A stretch of DNA of 63,954 nt, counting the filler, from Perkinsus olseni (lineage: Eukaryota), in NCBI GenBank assembly GCA_013115125.1. It is 4 parts of 4 records of this genome, joined end to end, with 100 filler letters (N's around TTAATTAATTAA, not from the genome) between each part and the next. Parts side by side here need not be neighbours in the genome. Positions count along the whole stretch, not along the records: positions 1 to 16,923 come from JABANN010000662.1; 3 more parts are not named here. One strand, given 5' to 3'. Position numbers and translations under genes: made by a program. The notes under the pieces were generated by a model. The model saw nothing but the letters and a program-made list of their open reading frames with translations. It did not search any database and had not been told where the DNA came from. Below, piece after piece: positions 1 to 12,004 of the stretch. Position 1 is the stretch's first letter, and each line of letters opens with the position of its first letter.

Positions 1-165
1 ATAAAGAAGGTGCGTGGTAAGAAAGTGAAGGAAGGAATATCTAAGAGTCATGTTACCCCCTATGCGTTGCGGGCCGGGAAGTCAACCTGTGGTATGAATC
101 TACCAGGGGAAGGACCGCGGGATGTCGTTGAGCATGTGAAGAATCTTCGCCCTTTTTATGCTTGA
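1..165 (+). mobile_element. 3' end of an LTR-retrotransposon pol/integrase ORF (Ty3/gypsy-like), 5'-truncated
   Basis: Frame +1 is open from base 1 to TGA at 163-165 and ends ...DVVEHVKNLRPFYA*, resembling the HVxxLKPF C-terminus of gypsy integrases. A purine tract (gaagaggggg) and a TG-starting segment follow directly. Confidence 0.5.
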
Positions 166-189
166 TGAGTGGCGAAGAGGGGGTCGAGA

Positions 190-374
190 TGTAATGTTAG
201 ATGCGCTGTTATTGTGTAGTCGTATCTTTTTCGCCCTAAGCTTTTAGCGAGCTAAGGGGCTGAGTTCATTGGGTGAGAGCCAAGAAGTTATGGTTGTTTT
301 TTATACTTCCTTTTTCCCTTATGAGTTCTGACTTGCGTTCCCCTGGTGAGGCAGTGAGCGACCCTGACACTACG
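190..374 (+). repeat. Putative 3' LTR
   Basis: Starts TGTAATGTTAGA just after the purine tract and ends CCTGACACTACG, an imperfect inverted copy of the start. It ends CG rather than canonical CA, and no second copy is in the window. Confidence 0.35.
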
Positions 375-626
375 TCTGCCACAAACGGTTATTCTCTCAA
401 GCCTTGAGGAACCCTTAGGGTGCCACGTATCAGTCCGGTCAATCTGTGATACTGCGTACTTTGTTCAAATACCCATTCAATCGGTTAGGATTCGCCTACA
501 GGCCTCAGGCTGAGGCTGTATCACGATACCGGAATGGCAACATCTTCCGGATAGACTCTTGCGGCAAGATCGCATGCTCGTTGTGGAATTGATAGGTGTG
601 TTGTCAGTCAGCTCACATCCGTTTCT

Positions 627-3600
627 ATGCGCCACGACACCGGCAGCTTCACGACAGGCGAAGCTATCCGGCCTCCAGCGGCCTTCAATGGCTCTGGTAA
701 ATACAAAACACTGTTCGGCCCGCCGTCGGGTGGTAGCGACCCCGCTTGGGTCCAACAGAAGCAAGACGAGCTGACCCTTCTGCATGACAAATATAAACGA
801 CAGTCGAATCCTCGGAAGACAGTTTCTCGCGACGCAGCATGGGAAGAGAAACGTCGGAAGTTCGTTCAACGACGAGGCAACCAGCCGAGGCCCACGTTGG
901 GAGGATCGAACTATCAGCTCAGCGCGAGAGAGGAATGGCAAGACGCCCAGCCAACGACCATGCACGGTAGACCAGGTGATCAACCCAGTCTTGAGGAGCA
1001 CCGGCACAGGAGTCCACACGACAATCGAGGCATCGAGTCCACGGTGAGGAGGACTGACCACAGCCGGGAGGGAAGTCGTCATAGCATACCCGTGGTGAAG
1101 CAACTCGCTGAAATCGCGGAAAGGGACCACAATAAAGGGCAGGTCGGCTTAGTCGATGAAGGAGCTGCCGTTCCCATTACGGAGGCCCACCCCGAGGGTT
1201 CAAACGAGATAAGTCGGGTGAGCCGCAGAGATAATCATACTCATACGCTGGCCGGAATTGGAGAACACGAATGGATAGCAGAGACCGTTAGGCAGCAAGA
1301 GAGAAAGAATTTACGAGAGTATCTCGGGCAACAAACGGGCGGGTCTAAGGTGAGCTCCGCCGATGAATCTTGGATGTGATGTTGATGCATCAGGTAGTCT
1401 CCAAGCGAGCGGAGTCTCCCGAGGGCGCCGTCTTGCCTGGTATAGGTAGTTCTAGGACGGAAGAAGCCGAGAGAAGGAGGAAAGAAATTCAGGAAGACAT
1501 GAGACGCTTTCTTGCCCAGAAACCGCCAGGTGGGGCCAGGCGGGGATAACACTCTTCCAAGTGTGCCGGGGGCCGAGATCAATGCTTCTCGCGTTGAGTG
1601 AACTTCAACGCAGTGCTAACGCCTTTCAACTGTGTTCCGCAGGTCGACAAGGCCATTCTCGCGTTCCTCCGGCTCCGATAACGGAGCTTACCCCAACCGT
1701 TCGGGATAGCATGAGACGGCAGAGCGGGGCTTCAGATGGCCGTCAAGGTGTCGTGCTCTTCCAAAATCTCGATCAAAGATACTTGTTGTGGCTTCTTCAG
1801 CACCAGTCATCCCAGCAGATGAGGGTTGCGCATTGAAAGGCTTGGGGGACGACGATATGAAGAGAAAGGAGGATATACGAAGGCAGCAAAGGAAGGATCT
1901 TGAAGATCACCTCCGTCACGGGTCTCCCGATACCTGTGAGTTGACGGTCACTCTCGGGCCAAAACTGTACAATCTGCCGCCAAATGATGCATGGTTGATA
2001 GTGTCTCGCCGGGTCGCTCGAGCCCGCTCGAGGTCGGAGTCACCCGTCATTCCCGATCTCGACCTGGACCCGAGAGAACAAGAGCTGCGGCTACGGAGGA
2101 AGCGACAACAGGATGAACAGAGGCAGTGGCTGGATGAACAGGTGAGTGGGCTACCAGTGGCGCCCTGCGTTTTCTTGGACTGCAGCGGGCACAGCGTGTG
2201 ACCCTCAGAAATTTCTGAGAGGGTATGCGATCTTTGCTAAGCCCGTTCATGTTCGTTCACCAAGTTAGGGGTCCACGACGTGGACCCTTAACTTGGTGAA
2301 GCTCACTGCGTGAGGTTCAACCTCAAGCAGCTTGCTTGAGGCTGACACTCTCCACAAAATCCGTGGCACAAATCGTGGTCCACCAATGCGTATTATTCTA
2401 TAAATATTCGTAGCGTCGAGTGGATCACCCGAACGAGCTGTCAGAGCCGTCTGAACCGCGTTCCTTCAAACTCGGCCAGAGCCCGGTCACTCGAAATTTG
2501 CGTGAGTATCACCCACGGGCCCACCTCTGGCTAGCAGCAGTGTCTCCAACGCAATGCGAAGAAAGGAGTGGAAATCTGAGGTCAGGCGGAAGCTGAAAAA
2601 GTCTACTAATATGACAGCAAACGGATGCGTAACTAACTAGTACATCATAGTACAGGGAGACAGCGGTTAGTGATGGTGGCCCGTAAGCGAAGATCACTTC
2701 ATTTCTCGAAGTTCAAGACCCTAGTCACTCGAAGGGACGCCGGTTGTCTTATGAAACCCAAGCAAGAGGGCCATGATATTCGGCATCCGACTATCGTCGT
2801 ACTTCAACACGGGTCGTTACACGGCAAGCTCAGAAGACTCATGATAGCGGAACCGGCGAGGCGACGTTGAGCACTTGCACAGTACCAAAGCTAAACTGAC
2901 GCCGGAAGCTGTACCCCTGGGTATCGATCTCCACAGTCCCTCCACCAACGTTCACTCTTGAGGCCGAGAAGTCTTCGATCGACCACGCTAATAAACGGGC
3001 TGGTAGAGAATAGACACCCTCGCTGATGGCCTTCACCTCGGTGCCGCTTATCACCAATAGACCATCGGGGTACTGGTACACCCTTCTGCAACCTCTGACC
3101 TGCCGAATCAGTCGAAACTGGGCTTGTACGATAGTCAAGTCTGCCGATAGCATGTTGCGTATTCTCAACTTTATAGTCCCTCGTTTGCAGTGTTGCCAAG
3201 GGTCCAGTGTGACCATACCGCACCAAACGTGTTGTTCCAAGACCATACTCTCAATGGAAATCTCCAGGACCGATGGTAGGCGATACGCGATGGTCAGAAA
3301 AGTCCATACGTACCACAAGAGAAGGGCCAGTGGTAGTCCTAACAGGAGAGCCCATGTGACCAGATGATGTGCGGGATATCTCCTCGTTGTAGCTTTGAGA
3401 CCACGTGATAATCTGCGAACCCGTGAGGGCTCGTCTGACGCCGGTCTCGACCATCGAAGAAAGCCAGAGGGAGTATCCGAAGCATCATACTCACGAACAG
3501 GCATCTTCATATCGGACTCTTTTCGACAGGGAGAGTGCTAGCGTGACATAGGTCCGGCGCCATCTGTTGGTTGGGCAAGCAAATACTCCCCGCCAGAACG

Positions 3601-6600
3601 GGTGAGATGATAGATATTTTATGTCAGCGAAGTCAAATTCCGTTAGACAGGATGCGAGAGGCGGCATATTTGAGGGGAGGGAGACGGAGTCCGTCAGGCA
3701 GATGGGACATCAGCACACACGTTCCCGTGACGTATTGGCTGTTGTCCCGTGTCGCGGTACTGACTTGGATATCACTTAGGAGAAACTCAACAAGCGGATG
3801 TCTTGTGCCAGAATAAGCCAATACCACTGCCCTGGGACAGAAGTACCTGCAAGTATCGCATGCAGATCATCATACGACGTTGACTTCGTGAGGGGCTCGA
3901 CTTTCGACTCCGTTTTTCGAGCTTCGTGAAAGTAGTGGCAATATCGTGACCATAAGGACTCCTCGAGGACTCCTCGAGGACTACTCGAGGACTTGTCGAT
4001 GGCACTCCTCATTGAAAGCGCCATCGAGTCGGTGGCATCGACAAGTACCCAGAGGCATGTCTGTCGAAGTTGGAGGATCAAAGGTTCATGATCAACCATT
4101 GATCCGCAGTGCGGACGATAGAAGTCCGAATCGGACTGTCCGATCATCGGACGTAGATCGCTTACTATTGTGAATACCTTGATGCTAATCGAACGGTGAT
4201 GCGCGCTACAGGAACAGGAAACAACAGCTTTAACTCAGCAGCTTGGGATGAATGTGCAACCTGTTTTCAGAACAGGCGCCTCCCTACTCCCTCTACGGGT
4301 GGCTCTACCAGGTAGAGGTTGAGGTAGAGTCTACCTCAACATTGCAACCTACGTCTAGCTTTGCGCCAGCCTAGCTTGCATCATCTTCTCGAACCACTTG
4401 TGCTTGCTGCGTCATACCCGCACCATGGTGCTCAAGTGTTCAATCCTTTGGTCAAGCCGTCGGGGGCAGACTACAGACGGTAGCAGTACCCTTGGCGTGC
4501 CCGATCGATCAACTCAGGAAGCTGATATGTACATACTGGAACCCCTAAAGTGCATCCTCGAGGCCATGATATCCTCTAACCTTTAGGGGTTGAAGGAAAT
4601 CTTAGTGCCTTAGCATATTACCCGAATGGTCGTGTGATTGGCTGGCAGCCTACGATTCCAGTCGGCGTAGGTGCGCTGAGCTGAGCCGCAGTCCAATTAC
4701 ATCCGCCGCAAGGCAGGTGGTCCGATGGTGGTAATGGTTATCAAAGGCTTGATGGTTATCAAGCAGTGGCATCACTGGTGCCGCACCAGGGAATCCATGG
4801 TCCTAGTGGAAACAAAAATGTATCGAAAAACTGCGGGGAATAAGATCAGAGCTCTACGAAAAGCGATCTTGTGTATCCTTTCTCCCGACTCTGGCTGCTC
4901 TGTTGATCCGTGAGTCACGGACCGTGACTACTTAAGTGATGATATTATTGCTAACAATGTTCAATAAAAGCACCAATCTAGGCTTCGACATAATGGACCG
5001 GCAACTCCTGCATTTGGCCTCTTCGCCCACCAGGAATATCTTATCAACAACCACACTTTTAGATTGTCATGAGAGCAAAAGCAAAGGAGATCGAGATTGA
5101 GAATAGAAAGCGACAGGAAGCGGCGGAAGAGGCTCGGATCAGAGCTGAGGCAGGTGGGCCACTCTCACGTGGTTTCCGCATGAGCATTCTTAGATCGAAA
5201 ATGAACGGAAAAGAGTGGAAGAAGAGAAGGCAGCTAGGAGAAAGCGGATCATTAACATGCAAACGTTCAATGTAGCAGAAGCAGGGAGCCGAGCTAGGAG
5301 CCGGTAACGTCGTCAGACGAACAAGCTCGATCTCTCATACGGTACTCAGGCCCACATCCAGGTCTCCGTCGCCTGAAGTCGAGCTGGTCCGGCTGGAACC
5401 CCGACAGGGAAAAGTCAAGATGGACGCGGTCTCGCAGTCGTGTGACTCTCTGTTTAAGCAAGATGCCAACAAGAAGCTACCCAATGATGCCGAGAGTAGC
5501 GCCGCTAATGTGCATGCTGGACCCCGAGACTACGGGGGCTCTGTACATCCTATCCAACCAAGCCATTCGAAGCCCTTCAGCGGTGCTGCCTTGGAGACCA
5601 AGGATCGCACCTCAGTATTATTCAACGCCCTCTTCGAGCAACAAAGGAAACTTGGGGAACAGAACGCGGCGATTGACGAGTTGCGGAGGGCTATGGCTGA
5701 GCGCGTAAGTCGCGGATCGGTTTTTCTTACTCCACTGTAGCTCACTCTGCAGGAGACTCAGAAAAGCGCTGGAAACGTACCGTGCGAGCGCGAGAATCCT
5801 ATGCCATCGCAGCATCGAAAGTTGCAAGAGCTGATGGAAATGCTCCTCACGAAGTTGTCGCCTTCAGAGCAACCAAGCCGTGTAAGACTAGCGATCGGGA
5901 TCCGACTGGATATTTATGGCGCATTCCGGTCAATACTCTCTTCCCTTGTAGGAAGCTGGTAAAACTGAAGCGCTAAGCAACCCCAATGAACGGATGAAAG
6001 GGCCGGACGAGACCGATCGGTCATCGCTGGTATGGCCCTAGTCGTGGCACCAGACCTTTGCTGTCAGTCGTTGATTAGGTCAAACCGATACTCAATAAGT
6101 GGGAAGATGTTTTGGAGGCTTTGCCTTACCGGACGAACTCGACAGTACGTGTGCCGTGCTCGAGGAGAACATAATTTCGCTAGACAGGCTCGGCATGGCT
6201 GCACGGGAGGGAACGTGCCGCCGACGAAATCAGCTGGAGGTGTTGGCGGGCCGTTGGCCATCGACGGCGGCTTCGCACCGGATACTAGCCGGAAGAGTAT
6301 TTTCGAGCGCAGCTTGGTTGGGACGCGTATGTGGTTACCGGTCCCTCACCTCCCTGCGGTTCAACAGAACTCCCAAGCGCATCACCCGAGCACTCGTACC
6401 CCACCTAGGGATTGGACACGAGAGAAAACACCGAGGGTTCAGTCCCGATGGGATGGGAGTTCAGGCAGGGCCGCGTCCTCGTACGATCGGCCCGGAACTG
6501 GTGGGAGCTCGATGGTGGATGCCGATTCTTCGAGCGTGGACGGGGAGAAACTTGAGAGGGTCGTGAGGATGATCAAGAAGATGAGAGAAGCTGATAACCT

Positions 6601-7195
6601 CACGATTTCTTCAAGATCCTCTCCTACCGGGTCGGGGCAACACACGCCATCGGAATTGGAGGACGTCTCTCCTCACCGCAGCTCTACGTCTTCAGCTGCT
6701 GCTCCGCTCTCGAAGCAGCCCTCCATCGCATCAGCGGTGCATCGTGACTCCGATCGTGCACGACAAGCTCCACATGTCGGCCCCCGGAAGGACGCGAGGG
6801 AGTCTCCTGACCCTTTTCTACAGACCGTTGTATTGAGCGAGCACCTGGGCGGGCCTCCGACACCCACAATCAGTCCATCAAAATCCTCCTTGTGGTCATC
6901 TACTCTGAACATCAAAGAAGATCTGCTGGAAGCCGTTGACCGAATCTGCGCGGAGTGCGACGCTACAACAGCACACCTGGGTACTGCGTTTGAGGTCGAG
7001 GAGTCCACGAGGGCTCGGGACAAGGATGAGAAAGAAGAGAAGGATGAGCCACCTGCAGCAAGAGTTCGGCCTTTCAAGGAGCTCCACCGACTACTGTCGT
7101 CCCATGGATTGAGCCTGGACGAAGAAGTGATCGACAAGCTGAAGTCAATGACGTCATTGGAGCACAAAACTTGCTCGAGTGGCGCCCTTCTGTAG
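627..7195 (+). CDS. Multi-exon coiled-coil protein, CCDC66/CSPP1-like (centriolar/ciliary); both ends approximate
   Basis: Repeated Q-x-RK-x-L-x-x-(Y/H)L motifs. The exon ending ...RKRQQDEQRQWLDEQ (2141, donor GTGAGT) joins in phase 0 to IVMRAKAKEIEIENRKRQEAAEEARIRAE (acceptor 5062) and then IENERKRVEEEKAARRKR, resembling the CCDC66 domain. Further short-intron exons appear to run into the 6032-7195 ORF. Confidence 0.5.
2839..3510 (-). CDS. Single-pass membrane protein, LEA_2/NDR1-HIN1-like (paralog A), nested in an intron
   Basis: 223-aa ORF: basic N-terminus, TM helix (LVTWALLLGLPLALLLWYVWTFL), then RLP and a beta-rich domain with LRIRN. Clear homology to 7720-8562 (EYDxSDTPSGFLRWSRPA, YRLPSV, VWCGMV). 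Confidence 0.7.
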   Translation of the reverse strand: MKMPVREYDASDTPSGFLRWSRPASDEPSRVRRLSRGLKATTRRYPAHHLVTWALLLGLPLALLLWYVWTFLTIAYRLPSVLEISIESMVLEQHVWCGMVTLDPWQHCKRGTIKLRIRNMLSADLTIVQAQFRLIRQVRGCRRVYQYPDGLLVISGTEVKAISEGVYSLPARLLAWSIEDFSASRVNVGGGTVEIDTQGYSFRRQFSFGTVQVLNVASPVPLS

Positions 7196-7719
7196 CTGAT
7201 CTGTGTTGGCCCTCTTGAACCCATGTGCCGCGTCATTCGTCAAGAGTCTCGCTAATAGCCTGTAAGTGTTGGCTTTCAATGAGGGTTAACAGACGCCAGT
7301 GGAACCTCTAGTGGTGCATTGATGACGCGGTGGAAACTCGCTAGTGAGTCTGGTCAGTGTCCTAGTGGGGGATTTCCGTCTCGGAAAGGTGTTCTGAGCT
7401 TCTTGCGGATCTCTCGCGCGTTTGTCCAGAACTAACAGAGGTGGTGGTCGTCAATGAAAGGGCATGCTGTGCAGCTCTCTACACGCGACTGGATTCGTTA
7501 TCTCGATGATCAGAACAGGTGTCGAGTTCCCTTCTGACAAATTGTTTCTCGGTTTTGGTCGCGTGCTGTGTAAGAAGTGTAGTGGGCAGCAGCTCATCCC
7601 ACCCGCCCCCTGACGACATCCGCTGGCAATTGCCTGAGTATGGTCTGATATATACTGACCGAGCTGTCGTAGTCCGGATAATAATAGCGGTCAGAGTTGC
7701 CAGCATCCAAGGGCCATAA

Positions 7720-8562
7720 TCACTGAAGGATGCTACAACGCAACGCCCGAGCCAGTACAAATTCAAGTTTGAGAAACGCCTCTGTTAACTCGCAGAGATG
7801 CAATCTCACAATGTAAACGGGAGGACAAGCCAATGGTACATGATGGAGGGGGATATTGGGTTGAGTCGCCATACTGGCATGCTTAATGAACATTTCTGGT
7901 TCACTTGGACGAGGGTGTACACGAGCGGCGCACACCATTTTTAGCAAAGTACGGAACCGGTATCCGAGAGCGCGTAACTCAATGTCGATATCAGAAAAGC
8001 TAAAGCTGGAGATCGAGTACTCCTCAAACGTTGTCCATTGTAAATGAACCGGTAAGATGTAAACGCGCTCGCTCATGGCCTTGACCGTGGTGCCATCAAT
8101 AGTCAAGAAACCCTCGGGGACAAAGTGAGCCTTGGTCTTACGGTCTATAAACATGTATCCCAAGGCTAGCTCGGCTTCTACGATGGTTATATCTGCCCAC
8201 AGATCGTTCCGGATTCTCAAGTCTACTGTGCCTCGTGCACAGTACTGCATAGACGGCTCCAAGCTAACCATACCACACCACACACGCCGGTCCAGGGCGA
8301 TCTTCTCGAGCGATATTCCCACTACCGAAGGGAGCCGATATGTGATGGTCAGTAAGGTCCAAAGGTACCATAAACAGAGGGCTAGGGGTATTCCAGATAG
8401 AACAGCCCAAAGCATCATATAACGCATAGGACTCCGAGTTTTAGCTCTAAGATCTTCCAAAACTTTCCGGACCCGTAAGGGCTCGCGCCTCGCCGGTCTC
8501 GACCATCGTAAGAAGCCCGAAGGCGTATCAGATGGATCGTACTCATGAACAGTACACTCCAT
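7720..8562 (-). CDS. Single-pass membrane protein, LEA_2/NDR1-HIN1-like (paralog B); C-terminus uncertain
   Basis: Aligns with the 2839-3510 protein over about 200 aa, with the same TM + RGTxxLRIRN architecture. Confidence 0.7.
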   Translation of the reverse strand: MECTVHEYDPSDTPSGFLRWSRPARREPLRVRKVLEDLRAKTRSPMRYMMLWAVLSGIPLALCLWYLWTLLTITYRLPSVVGISLEKIALDRRVWCGMVSLEPSMQYCARGTVDLRIRNDLWADITIVEAELALGYMFIDRKTKAHFVPEGFLTIDGTTVKAMSERVYILPVHLQWTTFEEYSISSFSFSDIDIELRALGYRFRTLLKMVCAARVHPRPSEPEMFIKHASMATQPNIPLHHVPLACPPVYIVRLHLCELTEAFLKLEFVLARALRCSILQ

Positions 8563-9698
8563 GTGCGGCTTTCAACCGATGAGTTGGCACAATGCCGGTC
8601 TTGAAACAAGACTCTTGTTTGCTGTCTGATCATTCGCGTGTGAAGGAGACAGCGCCGATTGCGCACAACCCACCCGAAGCCACAACGTTCGAACAGTAAT
8701 TGGAATTCTTTCTTCGAGAGCATCGCAATCCCTCATTCCCATTTCAGTATACCAGTCGACATTCTCGATGCACTGGAGGATCTAGAGTGTGTAGCGGAAG
8801 GGTCGTTCTCCCCTACGAAATCGTGCTGTAGACCTGTACATGTTGTTCGGTCACACATCATGATGAACGACGGAGTTTGAGAGCTTGCGCGGAATGTTTT
8901 TGCCGCAAGACGGGGTCGGCATATGACAAAAGGGATATGCGGCTTCAGAGCCCACATGGCATGTCGGTGCAGTGAGTTGTGGCCTACTATCCAAAAGGAG
9001 GCCTCGGGCACTGCGTCTCACACAGGGTCTGCCTGTGCGGGTCCGTCGGGACAAAGGCTTAGTGTGAGTTTATAGTCCAACGCCGGCTCCGCTTTAGACT
9101 CTTGCCAATGTGCACAGTTAGAGACTCTCTGTAACGTTGATACGCAGAGGAGTATGCTACTGAGGAGTATGGGCCACCTCGGCTTATTGCCGCATCGCGA
9201 GCCGAGGTGTCACCTTCTAAAGCGACCTTCTGCGGCCTTGCTCGATGAGAATTCGGATCCGATCCTCAGGACAGTCTCCTGATATTCGAGCATTGTTCAA
9301 GAACAACACTAATGGAGTCATGATGACTTATGGCTCCAGATGTTACGCTAGTTGACGACTTAGTCCTCAACTAGCGTAACATCTGGAGTACCGAAACCGG
9401 TAGAGGACGCGGAAAAGTGTTAGTATTGAGTACATGCTAATAACAGTGTGCCGGATGCTGACGGATGCCGTGCCTCAACTGTTGTGTCTTCGCAGTAGTG
9501 CTACTCACAAGGCAAATGCACCGAGGTAGCGTGTCCCAGCTGTGATGGTGTTTGCGCAGTAGCGTCGGTGTAGACAACAACTCAACGTCGTTGGGGTATG
9601 AACTTTGCGCCGTTACAATCCCAAGAAGAGAACAACGCTGGTCTAGACTTGAAACCTGTATATGAATTTATGGTACGTTAATAATTGTCACGTCGCGG

Positions 9699-11108
9699 CT
9701 ACGTTTCCTTCAACCTCGGCTTGGCCCGTGGACGGAACCGTTTGAGCTTCTTCTCGTCCATCGTTCTTATCAGAAAACCCGTAACTCCCTCGACCAGCAC
9801 AAAAATGGGTATCTAAGTGAGGCAACAGACAGTATATGATGCATGCAGTCGAAAGCTCTTGGCCCGATTGTTGCATCACGAGAGGCAGCCAAAAGATCAG
9901 TGATACTCCAAACAGTCACCGCGGGTCTTAAGCGGGAGTTGGAACTGAAGTCAGCGGTCGCTCACTTTTCCCAGTGTGGTCATGCCCCGCGGCCTAGCGG
10001 CAACGGCCGTCATGATGCATATTGGGAAGAGCATCGAGAAGATTCCGTTGTCGATGAAGCGCGGGAATACTGAGCAAAGCACGGTCGAAGGGAGACCTGA
10101 GAGTGCGCTGGCCTTCTGACGGGCGAACGAGCCACGAGGGTATACCGAAGCCGATAAAGTACGCCCAGTGCCTCTCGATAAATCGGAGACGGACGTGGGA
10201 CTCCCAGCCAAGGTAAACCCAACGGTACTCGAAGCTGTATGTCGATATCTAAGTCCAGCTGTGCAGACTGAAGAAACCGAGTGGCTTTACCAATAGGCAC
10301 ATGCTGACCAGATTGAGGAAGGTCCCGATGTAGGGCACGAAACTCAGCAGCCAGGTTTGCAGCGCGAAGATGATGTTGAGCAGATTCCGCATCAGCGCGT
10401 CCACGATTCGTGATGTCAAAGTAGTCTTGACCCTCGGATCGGAAGGGGAGAAAATCGCGAAGGTCTCGTTGGCGATGTCCTGAGGGAGAAATTCTGTACG
10501 TATCGTCAGCGCCATCGCGACGGCACCGACTCGACCAGTGTAATACGCTGGCCTGATAATCAGGCCACATCAAACTCAATCGAGCGAGGCGCTCTCGATC
10601 ACAACAGCGAAGCGTCGAGAGGGCAGGCGTGTCTTACTTGATGCCAAGCTATGTTGAGGAGATAGCTGAGCGAATAGACGGGGACGATCCACGTGAACTG
10701 AAGAGGTCAGAGCATAAGCACAGCAGCAGGCAAGGATGACCGCAAAAGTCTCTCACCAGATGAAGGAAGTACAACGCTTCGGTCCACTTCTGCATGGACT
10801 GTTCCTCGAAGCCGCTGATCCAACCCACAACCACCATCAGTAGGGGGTTTACGACCTGACAGGTTCATAAGAGACGGGCAGCAGTCGCGGCAGCAGCTGA
10901 CCAGCCTGAAGACTGCAACAGAGCCGAGAAAGATGACACCGTTGAGGATAAAGCACTGCAACCAGCGGACTCGAATCGTGGGTGACTTGAAGAGGAAGAT
11001 CAGACAGAGGTCCATCCGGATGGCATCCTTCAGTCCGAGGAGGGCCAAGGTCCACACTTCCCGTCCAGCCGATTGCACATACTCAGAAAACGATAAGAGA
11101 GGTCCCAT
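9699..11108 (-). CDS. EI24: Etoposide-induced protein 2.4 (EI24) family membrane protein, spliced
   Basis: Motifs LQCFILNGVIF, DIA, SFVPYIG, YSFEYRW, RLRFIERHWAYFIGFG, FSMLFP and last exon IPIFVLV...KET* (TAG 9699-9701). Confidence 0.85.
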
Positions 11109-12004
11109 CAGAAGACTCTCAACCTACCACGACGATGATATTATGAAACTTTGGAACGACTGTTGAGCCCAACGGGCCTCTTTGTGTGATCAGCGTATGA
11201 TGTTTCGACTATTGAGGGTAACTTTCGCGAGGACCGCAGACACCGCACAGACTCGAGACGAATCGATGCTACTGATAAGCCGCGAGGATCGCTCCCCGCT
11301 GGAGATGAATCCCGCATTGTTATTAGTGGCTCACTAACCCTAAGCCTGTATGAGGCCCTCAATCCATCCCCACCCATGCCCGGTGGAGAAGACACGTGAT
11401 ATCAGCGATATCATACTAACTTCACAGGTATTTCGTCATACTGGTAGTTCTGGTTTCGCTGCTCTTCACGAACAGGGAGAATGCATTATCATATGCCAAC
11501 CTCTTATGGGGAGGGTAATATCTTGTCGATTCATCTGATGCGTATTTGGACACCAATAATGGCGTACCATAGTACAGCCATTGGCCTTGAAACCTGAAGG
11601 CCATACTCGATTGGCCGAGACGCTGCCAGCTTCGTAAAAGAACACTAAGAATCCCCACTATCCTCTCCTAGTTCACCCTCAAATAGAAAGCCACAGTATG
11701 CTCAGTGTAAGAGACGATGCCCACCATCTGCGGCAGCAGCAGCAGCATAGCCACCTAGCCACCACCACGGGACCGAAGCCCTCCCCCAAGTGACATCACT
11801 TAACGCGAGGAGTGGTACACCTGGATGATTATTGTGAGAATTGTGCGAAGCGGTTGTGATAAAATACATAAGAACTGGAGAAATGTGGATATGGTAGCAT
11901 AGTAGTGGAGAGAGGAGGAGGAGGAGGAGGAGCAGGAGGAGGAGAAGGTCTATTAATACACGACCTTCGAAGTGATAGTGAAACTCAATTTATTGGTGTT
12001 TGGT

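Noticed and set aside
477-1130. Long antisense ORFs here and at 6673-7236, 41610-42287 and 58709-59287
   Set aside because: They overlap better-supported genes on the other strand and show no motifs.
3956-3993. 11-nt tandem repeat (CTCCTCGAGGA) as a regulatory array
   Set aside because: Only about three copies; better explained as local duplication or the palindrome process.
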